The translations under genes were made by a program, and so were the position numbers. Under the pieces are notes generated by a model, which had not been told where the DNA came from, ran no database searches, and was given only the letters and a program-made list of their open reading frames with translations. From positions 1 to 21,359 of the forward strand of contig JAJRZD010000117.1 in NCBI GenBank assembly GCA_024275415.1: a stretch of DNA of 21,359 bases, in the 5' to 3' direction. This document shows, piece after piece, positions 1 to 8,659 of this stretch (positions are counted from its first letter, which is position 1; each line of letters opens with the position of its first letter). The stretch is from an archaeon (GTDB lineage: Archaea; Asgardarchaeota; Thorarchaeia; Thorarchaeales; Thorarchaeaceae).

Positions 1-423
1 ACTGTTGGGATCGCTCATGGACACGCGTGGCCTTCTTCAGAGATACTGGGAACCGAAATGCTTGTCATCGGGCACAACCATCCAACATTAAGACGAGTGA
101 AGAACGTGCCATCACCAGAGATTGGAATGCCAGAGCGAAGACTGTTCACTTTCAACATCCCAGTGGTCATAATGACAACAGTAAACAGGGATTGCGTTCG
201 ACGAGCACGGAGTATGCCCGAGATGAAGGATGGCTCATCAAATATCATCGTCCTTCCTAGTTTCAATGACCTGCTCGTTGGTATGGACATCGATAGCCCT
301 GATGTAAGACTACATGGACCTATCTTCGAGCATGATTGCGTTTCTCTGGATGATGCCAAGATATATAGTTCCGATGGACTGTTCTTGCGTCCACTTCGGC
401 ACCTCCAACATGATGAAACATGA
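1..423 (+). CDS. Calcineurin-like metallophosphoesterase, C-terminal part (5' end outside window)
   Basis: Frame 1 is open from base 1: TVGIAHGHAWPSSEILGTEMLVIGHNHP... It carries the HGH and GHxHP metal-binding motifs and a late 'IIVLPSFN' strand typical of archaeal ICC-like phosphoesterases. The track's start at 58 is internal. Confidence 0.75.
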   Translation, partial: TVGIAHGHAWPSSEILGTEMLVIGHNHPTLRRVKNVPSPEIGMPERRLFTFNIPVVIMTTVNRDCVRRARSMPEMKDGSSNIIVLPSFNDLLVGMDIDSPDVRLHGPIFEHDCVSLDDAKIYSSDGLFLRPLRHLQHDET

Positions 424-438
424 ACAATAACGAAATGA

Positions 439-444
439 TTAAAT
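439..444 (+). promoter_or_regulatory. Putative TATA box of tRNA-Pro gene
   Basis: TTAAAT about 30 nt upstream of tRNA position 1 (474). Confidence 0.4.
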
Positions 445-473
445 CGTTCAACCGGGGGTTTCACTCCTGCAAT

Positions 474-580
474 GGGTCGGTAGTCTAGCTTGGTATGATT
501 CTTGGTTCGGAACCGGTCTGGTTGTTGCAGGCTGGCAAAAATCCAAGAGGTCGGGCGTTCAAATCGCCTCCGGCCCACCA
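474..580 (+). tRNA. tRNA-Pro(CGG) with 30-nt intron at 37/38 (512-541), CCA encoded
   Basis: Acceptor stem GGGTCGG/CCGGCCC, discriminator A577 and CCA. D-arm GTCT..TGAT. Anticodon stem CTTGG/CCAAG with CGG at 508-510. T-arm GGGCG-TTCAAAT-CGCCT. The intron folds as a bulge-helix-bulge with an 8-bp hairpin (513-520/528-535). Confidence 0.92.
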
Positions 581-659
581 CATAACTTGATTCTTTCGCA
601 TACAAGTCGATGTCAGGCAGTAGCCTTTTCTACAAAAGAAAACATAACAGAAATTGGTT

Positions 660-1946
660 ATGATGGTAGACGTAGCAATTGTAGATATCCAAGACGACAT
701 TGACAATGCGGTAGCAACAGTCTTTGACCAGACTGTGCCTAGAGATTCGTTGATCAAGGAGAGTGGAGAGGTTTATATCAAGCCGAATGGGATTGACTTC
801 AAGCCATATGCTTACACAGCACCAGTCGTGCTAGAGGCAACTATAAGATATATCCAACGGATTGGGGCATCCAAGGTCTTCGTGATGGAGAACTCGACAC
901 AGGCGAATATCACAAGAGGCGTTTTCAAGTTTACCGGATATGACCAAGTCTGTAAGACAACGGGAGCAAAGCCCATCTTTCTGGATGAGGAAAAAGGAGA
1001 AGAAGTGAAACTGGAACATTTTGATGAGCCAGTCGAGTTCCCGCGAGTCATTGTTGAGAAGATAATCAATGAGAAGCACCTCCACACATATATTTCATTG
1101 CCCAAGCTGAAGACGCACTCGATGAGTACAGTTACTCTTGGGATAAAAAACCAGATGGCATTCCCAAGCCACTCAGACAGAGGCCATAACCATAATCATG
1201 CACTTCACAGATTGCTGGCAGACTTCTACTTGCTGGTTCAACCAGACTACACACTGATAGATGGAACCTATGCGGTGTTCAATGGCCATTATCCCCTACA
1301 GCATTTTTTGGACGAGTCGCTGGATAAACTGGATATTCTGATAGGGGGACGGGATACACTTGCAGTGGATGTAGTTGGGGCAAAGGTACTTGGTTATGGC
1401 ATTGACGAGGTTCCACACCTGCATCTTGTCCAGCAGGACTGGATGGGAAAAGGAAACCTAGATGATATCGACCTGAGCGGGGATATTTCCCGTTTTACGA
1501 AACGGTATCCTTGCACCATCATTGGAAAATTCCCAGAGGACGTTCGGATAATCAAAGGAGAGGAACTCCTTTGCAAGGAAGGATGCGATCTTAATGTCAG
1601 GATGGTAGTTCAGCTGTTGCATTACGACCATGGAGGAGAGGGCGGATTCACAATCCTTATGGGCAAGGGGCTTCCAGAGAAGCACCTTGCTAGCGTCACT
1701 GGGAAAATCCTGATAGCTGGGGATTGTGCAATAGATGAAACATACGATTCAATGGTAAAGAAAGTTGGACGAAAGAATGTGTTCACCAGTCCCACATGTA
1801 ATCGTTTGGCTGCGACAACTGATGCGCTTTGTAAGATAATGGGGGTGAATGTGTTAGCCCTTGTTCCGTCAAAGGCGCCGATGGTGAAAGCATTGATCCA
1901 AGCGAAACTCCATGGTTCGAAAGCGCTTATTCCAAGCCTGTTCTGA
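660..1946 (+). CDS. DUF362 family protein (putative Fe-S protein) with C-terminal extension
   Basis: YIKPN, 'ISLPKLKTH...VTLGIKN', 'PDYTLIDG' and 'DTLAVDVVGAKVLG...VPHL' motifs of DUF362. First ATG at 660 (alternative 663). Confidence 0.75.
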   Translation: MMVDVAIVDIQDDIDNAVATVFDQTVPRDSLIKESGEVYIKPNGIDFKPYAYTAPVVLEATIRYIQRIGASKVFVMENSTQANITRGVFKFTGYDQVCKTTGAKPIFLDEEKGEEVKLEHFDEPVEFPRVIVEKIINEKHLHTYISLPKLKTHSMSTVTLGIKNQMAFPSHSDRGHNHNHALHRLLADFYLLVQPDYTLIDGTYAVFNGHYPLQHFLDESLDKLDILIGGRDTLAVDVVGAKVLGYGIDEVPHLHLVQQDWMGKGNLDDIDLSGDISRFTKRYPCTIIGKFPEDVRIIKGEELLCKEGCDLNVRMVVQLLHYDHGGEGGFTILMGKGLPEKHLASVTGKILIAGDCAIDETYDSMVKKVGRKNVFTSPTCNRLAATTDALCKIMGVNVLALVPSKAPMVKALIQAKLHGSKALIPSLF

Positions 1947-1952
1947 GCGAGC

Positions 1953-2420
1953 TCAGTCGTTTTGGAGTGACCTGAGAGCATGAAGAAGTATTGCAGCAGT
2001 GCCTGCCGGTCCGATATCGACTCGTGCCTCAAGACTGAAGCATTCACCAAGATCCATCTCTTTTCTGGAGAAGGAGCTGTTGCTCCCAGATAGGATAATC
2101 ACTAATTTCTCTCCGCTCATCACCTTCTTCTTCAGACTCTCAAAATCCAGTCTTTCTTTCGTGAGGACGGGAGATGTAACCATGATAGGTTTCTCAGTTT
2201 CAAGAAGTTCTAGCACATCCTTAAGATCCGGTAGCACAATGAAGTTCTTCTTCATCTTCATGGCTAGCTTGTTGGCATCGGGAACGCCATTTTGGGCGGC
2301 GGATCCCTCTGCCCGAGATATAACGAAGTTCGGAAATCCAAGGCCGTATACGACTTGTGCGGTATCTACGACCTTAGTCACTGAATGTACATTGTGCAAG
2401 ACTATGAACAGGTTCTTCAT
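1953..2420 (-). CDS. Archaeal SPOUT/SpoU-like putative RNA methyltransferase (DUF2122/COG4080-like)
   Basis: N-terminal 'IVLHNVHS..KVVDTAQVVYG', 'GSAAQNGVP', and knot-like C-terminal 'ILSGSNSSFSRKE' and 'DIGPAGTAAILL'. The ATG at 2420 follows the upstream stop by 1 nt. Confidence 0.65.
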   Translation of the reverse strand: MKNLFIVLHNVHSVTKVVDTAQVVYGLGFPNFVISRAEGSAAQNGVPDANKLAMKMKKNFIVLPDLKDVLELLETEKPIMVTSPVLTKERLDFESLKKKVMSGEKLVIILSGSNSSFSRKEMDLGECFSLEARVDIGPAGTAAILLHALRSLQND

Positions 2421-2421
2421 T

Positions 2422-3393
2422 TCACGGTTCAATGTATGCTTTGACCTCCTTTGCGATCAGTTGTGATATCAGTGGGGGGACAGATTCTCCCACTTGATTG
2501 TATTGGCTCTGCATGGGGCCTAGAAATATGAAATCATCCGGATAGGACATCAGACGAGCGTGTTCTCTTACTGTGAGTAAGCGATCCTCGTATGGATGAA
2601 TGTATCGCGAGTGTCCAATTATTGATGTGGCATATCTGTCGGGACGCAATCGCACCCAGTTAGGTTTGACTTTTCCCTTTGATGCCTTGAAATGTTTGGC
2701 CCCCTTACCCCGTGCAGTCCTGCGGATCTGTTTCATTTTCACCTCGCTGACTGTATTGAATTCATGATTAGGAACTGGGTCAGTGCATGTGAATATTGCA
2801 CCCAGCCCAAATGGCGGAAGGTTGCCTATTGCGTCCATTACTGTGGGAGGGTGTTGGCGGGGCAGGTCGAGCTTGATATTGCTGATGAACAACCGCAATC
2901 GCTTTGATGGATTCCGATGTTGATGACACCGCACGAGGTTGAAGTGAATCTCATCAATACCGACACGGGCAAATTCCTCTCTCGCAATGGACTTGCCTCC
3001 AGACCGCATTAGTGCGGCCACATTTTCTACAACAAATGCTTTCGGGGATAGGTCGCCGATTAAACGAATCGTATCTAACAAGAGGCGCGCAGTGCCAGTC
3101 CCATAGATTCGTTCAATTGCAGGGGTATCACTGGTAGGGTTTGCCAGACTGAACTCTTCACAAGGAGGCGACGCGATTATGATGTCAGGTGCGCTGCCAA
3201 GAACCATTGTGATCTCGTTGGCATGAAGACGGCTAATATCCCGTTGCAAGATACTTGAATGGGGAGAATTATGCAAATAGGTTTTCAATGGTATTGAGTC
3301 AATTTCAACAGCTAGATGATTTCCTCTAAACACGACTGAAAAGCCATACGAAAATCCACCGGCACCACAGAAGAGATCCAAAATCCTGTACAT
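2422..3393 (-). CDS. dcm: C5-cytosine methyltransferase (Dcm-like, orphan archaeal type)
   Basis: Motif I DLFCGAGGF, motif IV SPPC, motif VI ENV, motif VIII S-x-R-x-R, motif IX 'LTVREHARLMSYPD', motif X GESVPP. Confidence 0.9.
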   Translation of the reverse strand: MYRILDLFCGAGGFSYGFSVVFRGNHLAVEIDSIPLKTYLHNSPHSSILQRDISRLHANEITMVLGSAPDIIIASPPCEEFSLANPTSDTPAIERIYGTGTARLLLDTIRLIGDLSPKAFVVENVAALMRSGGKSIAREEFARVGIDEIHFNLVRCHQHRNPSKRLRLFISNIKLDLPRQHPPTVMDAIGNLPPFGLGAIFTCTDPVPNHEFNTVSEVKMKQIRRTARGKGAKHFKASKGKVKPNWVRLRPDRYATSIIGHSRYIHPYEDRLLTVREHARLMSYPDDFIFLGPMQSQYNQVGESVPPLISQLIAKEVKAYIEP

Positions 3394-3565
3394 ATTCTAC
3401 CATCACAGAGTGTTGTCGGTTGGTTTAGATATTCAAGTCTTTTTCAAAGGTTCTGTGGATGCAGAATAGATGTAGGTATGCTGGGAATTCTGCTTTTGTC
3501 GAAGGAAGAGTTCAAAAGCACCGACCTGATATTGGCATCCCACAGATTGAAATGAGTGAGAGAAC

Positions 3566-4507
3566 ATGGGTGTTGGAATGGGACATGGGAAAAGCATCCT
3601 GTTTGGTGAGCACTTCGTTGTCTATGGTCTACCGGCATTGGCTGCAGGAATCGATTCTATGACGATTGCCAAGGTCACGAAGAAACAAGTGCCAGGATGG
3701 ACTCTTGATGATAGAAGGCCTGAGGTAGCAGGATACAAGGAGAAAAAGAAGGAAGAACAAAAAGTTTCTATCAATAATGTGTTGAAACATCTAGGTGTAG
3801 ATACATCGGAACATGGAATCAATATCGAACTTGGTGGGGATCTCATATGTGCGTCAGGATTCGGCGCGAGTGCGGCAAGCTGCGTTTCGCTGGCTCGTGC
3901 ATTGAATGAGGAGTTCAATCTTGGACTTGATGATGCACAGGTAAATGAAGCCGCTTACGAAGGCGAAAAGGGATTTCATGGGACACCATCGGGAATCGAC
4001 AATACCGCATCCACGTACGGGGGTCTTGTATGGTATGTCAGGAACATGCAAGGAGGGACACCAACATTCAGGCCCATCAAATTGGATATGTCGGTCAATC
4101 TTGTTATTGCATCGACAGGGATTACTGCAAGTACCACAGAAGTCGTAGGTGATGTAAGAAAGAAGAAAGAGGCAGATACAGATTGGTTTGATGCGATTTC
4201 TAAGAAATACGATACTCTAGTCAATATGGCACTGGAGGCGTTGAAAAATGGTGATCTATCTAAGGTGGGAGAATTGATGAATCAGAACCACGGGCTACTG
4301 CAAGAATTGACAGTGTCGTGCAATGAACTTGATGATTTGGTCAGCATTGCAAGGAGCAATGGAGCACTGGGTGCAAAAATGACAGGTACAGGAAGGGGAG
4401 GGAATATGATTGCTATCACAAAGGACGAAACTACCAGAAACAAAGTAGCCACAGCACTCGAAGAAGGCGGTGCTGCGTTCGTCATAAAGACAACATTCGG
4501 CAGATAA
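3566..4507 (+). CDS. mvk: Mevalonate kinase (GHMP family)
   Basis: GKSILFGEHFVVYG, GFGASAA ATP loop, HGTPSGID and KMTGTGRGG motifs. Confidence 0.9.
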   Translation: MGVGMGHGKSILFGEHFVVYGLPALAAGIDSMTIAKVTKKQVPGWTLDDRRPEVAGYKEKKKEEQKVSINNVLKHLGVDTSEHGINIELGGDLICASGFGASAASCVSLARALNEEFNLGLDDAQVNEAAYEGEKGFHGTPSGIDNTASTYGGLVWYVRNMQGGTPTFRPIKLDMSVNLVIASTGITASTTEVVGDVRKKKEADTDWFDAISKKYDTLVNMALEALKNGDLSKVGELMNQNHGLLQELTVSCNELDDLVSIARSNGALGAKMTGTGRGGNMIAITKDETTRNKVATALEEGGAAFVIKTTFGR

Positions 4508-4519
4508 GGAGATGTCTAA

Positions 4520-5824
4520 ATGATACTCGAGAGATACATAGAGATTCTAGATGAGAAAGGGAATATCACCAAGATAAAGAAGCCAATTTCTAAGGAATAT
4601 GAAATTGCGGGAGTTCTGAAAACTCTTGAACCAAATCCCGTTCTATTCGAGAACGTACAGGAATCCGAGTTTCGGGTAGCTGGGAATCTCTTTTGCACAA
4701 AAGGACAGATTGCAGATTATTTTGGGATCAAGACAGAAGAGTTAATCCCGACTCTCACAAAAGCCATTGAGGAGCGGAGTGTCCCAGAAACAGTCGATGA
4801 TGCACCCTGCCAAGAAGTAGTCGAAAGTCAGGTTGACCTGAGTAGGCTCCCAATCTTGTTGCACAACAAGGTAGATGGTGGCCCGTATATCTCGTCGGGT
4901 GTTGTGGTATCTGCGGATCCAGAGTTTGGGCAGAACTTGGATTTCCACAGGGCGATGCAAATCGAACCAAATCGGATGGTCGCGCGTGTAGTGAAAGGTC
5001 GGGATTTTGCAAAATTCCTGGAACGGAACGGCGAGGTCGATGTGGCATTTTGCATTGGGAACACGCCAGAGGTACTCATTGCGGCTGCGACCTCAGTTGC
5101 TACAGGGGTCAATGAATTGGAAATTGCCAATGCGTTGAAGCCGATAAGGGTAGTGAGAGCAAAGACAGCAGACCTAATGATACCGGCCGACACAGAGTTT
5201 GTCTTGGAGGGGAGGATATACCTTGAAGAACGACATGCAGAAGGACCCTTTATTGACCTGACTGAAACTGTTGATGTGGTCAGAGAGGAGCCTATCTTCG
5301 AAGTAAAGAAGATTACCCACAGAACATCCGCGATATGGCAGGGACTTCTCCCAGGACGATCCGAACACAAGGTTCTGATGGGGATGCCACGAGAACCAAC
5401 GATATTCAGAAAAATCAAGGAACGAGGTATAGATGTCATAGATGTGAATATCACTCCAGGTGGTGCAAGCTGGCTTCATGTTGCGATCAAGCTGAGGAAG
5501 AAGCATGATGATGACGGGCTAAAGGCTATTGAGTCAGCCTTTGTGGGTCACACTAGTGCGAAACATGTATGGGTATATGATGATGATATTGACATCTATA
5601 ACGGAGAGGAGAGAGAGTGGGCCTTGGCGACTCGATTCCAGGCAGACGAAAATCTCCTGATAAAGGACAAAGAGCCAGGGTCAAGCCTTGACCCGAGTGC
5701 GGAGCCAGGCACAAAAATGACCACAAAGGTGGGTTTTGATTGCACTAAACCTCTCGAAACCAAAGGAAAGAGCTTCGACAAGGCAGAGTTCCCAGTCGTG
5801 GACATTGAGAAATATCTGGAGTGA
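4520..5824 (+). CDS. UbiD-family prFMN-dependent decarboxylase, likely anhydromevalonate phosphate decarboxylase
   Basis: UbiD motifs (DGGPYI, EGPF, EH..LMG.P.EP, VYDDDIDI, WALATRFQAD, LDPS, KVGFDCTKP). The specific function is inferred from its position between mvk and the AcnX genes. Confidence 0.85.
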   Translation: MILERYIEILDEKGNITKIKKPISKEYEIAGVLKTLEPNPVLFENVQESEFRVAGNLFCTKGQIADYFGIKTEELIPTLTKAIEERSVPETVDDAPCQEVVESQVDLSRLPILLHNKVDGGPYISSGVVVSADPEFGQNLDFHRAMQIEPNRMVARVVKGRDFAKFLERNGEVDVAFCIGNTPEVLIAAATSVATGVNELEIANALKPIRVVRAKTADLMIPADTEFVLEGRIYLEERHAEGPFIDLTETVDVVREEPIFEVKKITHRTSAIWQGLLPGRSEHKVLMGMPREPTIFRKIKERGIDVIDVNITPGGASWLHVAIKLRKKHDDDGLKAIESAFVGHTSAKHVWVYDDDIDIYNGEEREWALATRFQADENLLIKDKEPGSSLDPSAEPGTKMTTKVGFDCTKPLETKGKSFDKAEFPVVDIEKYLE

Positions 5825-7017
5825 GAATAATGAAACTTCGATTGACAGACGAAGAGAAAGAGATGCTTGAAGGGAAGCACGGGAGGGCAACGAAGAAAGC
5901 GATGGATCTTATTGTGAACTTGGGTGAGATATATGGTGCAGAACGGCTGATTCCTATCTCCAGTGTCCAGATTGCAGGGGTTTCGTATCATAATCTCGGC
6001 GAGGCAGGACTAGAATACCTAGCGGATATGGCGGTTGATGGCAAGGTGAGAGTCATTACTACGTTGAATCCTGCGGGAATGGATCTTGAGGAATGGAAGA
6101 AACATGGGATTGATGAAGACTTTGCTGAGAACCAACAGCGGGTCGTAGATGCTTTCGCCAGAATGGGAGTAATCACGACATGCACCTGTACACCATATCT
6201 GATTGGGAACCTGCCTCATTTTGGAGAACATATTGCGTGGGCAGAATCATCTGCGGTCTGCTTTGCGAATTCTGTGATTGGTGCACTGACCAACAGGGAA
6301 GGAGGGCCAAGTGCCCTCGCAGCTGCTCTTACCGGCCGGACTGCGGAATACGGATTCCATCTTCAGGAAAATAGAAACGCCCAGATCAAATACAAGGTTG
6401 ATGCAAAATTGCACAGTACCGAGGATTTCGGACTGCTTGGGTATGTGATAGGAGAACGAACACGGAAATCGATTCCCTACATCACGGGGATCCCACATGC
6501 AACCACTGAGGAATTGAAGTCGTTTTGCGCATCAGTGGCAACATACGGAGGGGTTGCGGTGTTTCATATGGAACAAATCACCCCAAATCGCACAACGGTT
6601 CCTGAAGAAACTGAGATAGTGACACGAGAGGATATAGATACTGCCAGAGAGGCATTGGATGACGAGAATGCTGGGATTGATTTCATCAGTATCGGCTGCC
6701 CTCACGCCAGCATCAACGAGATTGCTAAAATTGCAGAAATGCTTGAGGGAAAGGAGATTAGCGCGGACAAGACAGTCTGGATAACTACAGCAAGACCCAC
6801 AAAGGATCTCGCCAAGAAGATGGGCTACTACGATGTGATTGAGAAGTCTGGTGCATTTCTTGTAAGCGATGCGTGTTGTGCGGTTGCACCGCTCAAGGGA
6901 CGGTTTAAGGGGCTCATGACCGACTCTGCAAAGGCGTGTTTCTATGCCCGAGGGAAGAACAATTTCAAGACAGAGATACGAACTATTGAAGAATGTATCA
7001 GGGAGGCCACATCATGA
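5821..7017 (+). CDS. Aconitase X catalytic subunit, likely phosphomevalonate dehydratase large subunit
   Basis: TTLNPAG, TCTCTPY, WAESSAV.FANSV.GA.TNREGGPS, GCPH and DACC cysteine motifs. The GTG start overlaps the upstream stop (GTGA); alternative ATG at 5830. Confidence 0.88.
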   Translation: MRIMKLRLTDEEKEMLEGKHGRATKKAMDLIVNLGEIYGAERLIPISSVQIAGVSYHNLGEAGLEYLADMAVDGKVRVITTLNPAGMDLEEWKKHGIDEDFAENQQRVVDAFARMGVITTCTCTPYLIGNLPHFGEHIAWAESSAVCFANSVIGALTNREGGPSALAAALTGRTAEYGFHLQENRNAQIKYKVDAKLHSTEDFGLLGYVIGERTRKSIPYITGIPHATTEELKSFCASVATYGGVAVFHMEQITPNRTTVPEETEIVTREDIDTAREALDDENAGIDFISIGCPHASINEIAKIAEMLEGKEISADKTVWITTARPTKDLAKKMGYYDVIEKSGAFLVSDACCAVAPLKGRFKGLMTDSAKACFYARGKNNFKTEIRTIEECIREATS

Positions 7018-7397
7018 AGGGAAGGAAGATATTCGGAGGTAAAGTGCAGGGCGAAGTACTTGCTACACATGATGACATCTCATTCTACGGTGGATGTGAT
7101 CCTGAAACTGGAGTCATTGTCGAAAAGGGGCACGAGCTTGAGGGACAATCGATTGCAGGCAAAATCCTTGTGTTCCCGACGGGAAAAGGGTCTACAGTGG
7201 GGTCATATGTCCTCTATTCCTTAAGCAAGGCAGGAAAGGCACCTCTTGCTATCATAAACAAGTCCACAGACCCAATCGTTGCAGTCGGATGTATCATCTC
7301 CGACATCCCGGCTATTGACCAGATTGATGTCAGCCAACTGGAAACGGGTCTAAAAATAGAGGTTGACGCCGATAACGGCGTCATTTCCATAATCTAA
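7014..7397 (+). CDS. DUF126 / aconitase X swivel subunit, likely phosphomevalonate dehydratase small subunit
   Basis: [32 protein letters not shown] motifs; ATGA overlap with the upstream stop. Confidence 0.88.
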   Translation: MKGRKIFGGKVQGEVLATHDDISFYGGCDPETGVIVEKGHELEGQSIAGKILVFPTGKGSTVGSYVLYSLSKAGKAPLAIINKSTDPIVAVGCIISDIPAIDQIDVSQLETGLKIEVDADNGVISII

Positions 7398-8032
7398 AGA
7401 CGTTGTAACTGCGGCTCAAAATCTTCAGCCGTGAAAGCCGCCTCACCTTCGGGGGCAATCTCACCCCGTTCTCGGAGAACCTGTCTTGCAAGCAGGAAAT
7501 AGACGAGTGCTAGCGCCTTTCTACCACGGTTGTTGCTCGGAATTACCAAGTCTACATTCGTTGTAACGTTGTCTGTATCACAGAGAGCAATCACAGGCAC
7601 ACCAATTCTCGATGCTTCCGAGAGAGCCTGTTGATCCGTCCGTGGGTCTGTGAGAATCACAAGTTCAGGTTCGATATAAACTCTGGGACCTGCAATGTTT
7701 GGATTGGTCAGCGTCCCTGGTACGAACCTGTCAGTGAATGCATGGGCACCAATGTAGTATGCAAAAGATTGAACCGGACGTTTCCCATAGACACGCCCAG
7801 ACACTATGACTATCTTCTCTGGGTCGATCCTAGAGATGAATTTGGCAGCAATCCGAATCCGTTCATCCGTCTTCCGGACATCCAGAACGTAGAGACCGAT
7901 GGGCCTTTGTCGATATACGAAAGGCTCCATGTCCTGGGTCTTAACTTGGGTGCCAATATGGCAACCTGCGGCTAAAAAACGATCCATGCTCGTAAGCAGA
8001 TCGGCTTCGGTTGAAATCTCTACATCCATCAT
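7394..8032 (-). CDS. rps2: 30S ribosomal protein uS2
   Basis: [41 protein letters not shown] motifs. TAATG overlap with rpoN. Confidence 0.97.
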   Translation of the reverse strand: MMDVEISTEADLLTSMDRFLAAGCHIGTQVKTQDMEPFVYRQRPIGLYVLDVRKTDERIRIAAKFISRIDPEKIVIVSGRVYGKRPVQSFAYYIGAHAFTDRFVPGTLTNPNIAGPRVYIEPELVILTDPRTDQQALSEASRIGVPVIALCDTDNVTTNVDLVIPSNNRGRKALALVYFLLARQVLRERGEIAPEGEAAFTAEDFEPQLQRL

Positions 8033-8247
8033 TATCTCTGTTCAACTCCTTCAGTTGTGGCGAAAGCCATGAAGTTATCGATGATATCAATATGTGACAA
8101 CAGCATCCTGCGACAGCAGTATCTATTGTAACCCAAGCGGTCCAGAACAACGGCGGGATCATCACCCTGTCGAACCTCTCGTTTGAACTGTTCGTATTTA
8201 TCGGCAATCACTTTGCCACATGTGAAACAACGTACTGGTATAATCAT
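8032..8247 (-). CDS. rpoN: RNA polymerase subunit N (Rpo10/RPB10)
   Basis: [12 protein letters not shown]...[11 protein letters not shown] zinc-binding signature. Confidence 0.98.
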   Translation of the reverse strand: MIIPVRCFTCGKVIADKYEQFKREVRQGDDPAVVLDRLGYNRYCCRRMLLSHIDIIDNFMAFATTEGVEQR

Positions 8248-8259
8248 GCTGTAGGCTCC

Positions 8260-8658
8260 TTACCTGTATGATTTTTGATATCGTGACCGCGCAGAAGGAC
8301 CACCAAACTTCTTGGGCTCTGTACGCCGGGGGTCACCGACTATCATGGTTCTATCGTGTTCAATCATCTTTGACCGTGCCTCGTAGTCCTGACTCATTTT
8401 GATCAGTCCAGTTGCAATGGCCATCCGGATAGCATCAGCCTGGCTCATGAATCCTCCTCCGCGGACTCGCACCTTGATGTCATATCGCTTCCAGCCATCA
8501 CCAAAGAGAATCAATGGCTCCATAATTCTCAGCCGTGCAATTTCAGGCTGTAGAATCTCCAATGGTTGTCCATTGATCCGGATCCTGCCAGAGCCTTCCT
8601 TGACGGTTGCCTTTGCAAGGGATGTCTTGCGTTTTCCAGTAGTGACAACTACACGCAT
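8260..8658 (-). CDS. rps9: 30S ribosomal protein uS9
   Basis: GKRKTS.A.A, V.GGG..SQADAIR, GDPRRTEPKKFGGPSARSRYQKSYR. Confidence 0.98.
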   Translation of the reverse strand: MRVVVTTGKRKTSLAKATVKEGSGRIRINGQPLEILQPEIARLRIMEPLILFGDGWKRYDIKVRVRGGGFMSQADAIRMAIATGLIKMSQDYEARSKMIEHDRTMIVGDPRRTEPKKFGGPSARSRYQKSYR

Positions 8659-8659
8659 A

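Noticed and set aside
15-605. 196-aa minus-strand ORF (and 485..757)
   Set aside because: Antisense shadows running across the phosphoesterase gene and the tRNA-Pro gene; no recognisable motifs.
626-642. TTTTCT-ACAAA-AGAAAA palindrome upstream of DUF362
   Set aside because: Low-complexity AT-rich sequence; cannot be distinguished from chance or a tRNA terminator tract.
1999-2466. 155-aa plus-strand ORF
   Set aside because: Fully antisense to the SPOUT-like gene; Ser/Phe-rich shadow composition.
1953-3393. Type II restriction-modification pair (Dcm plus 'RecB-family nuclease')
   Set aside because: The small protein shows SPOUT-like knot motifs and no PD-(D/E)xK or HNH signature; the nuclease label attached to this family looks unsupported by the sequence.
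2422-3393. Dnmt2 ortholog
   Set aside because: The CFT signature of Dnmt2 is not present in the target-recognition region.
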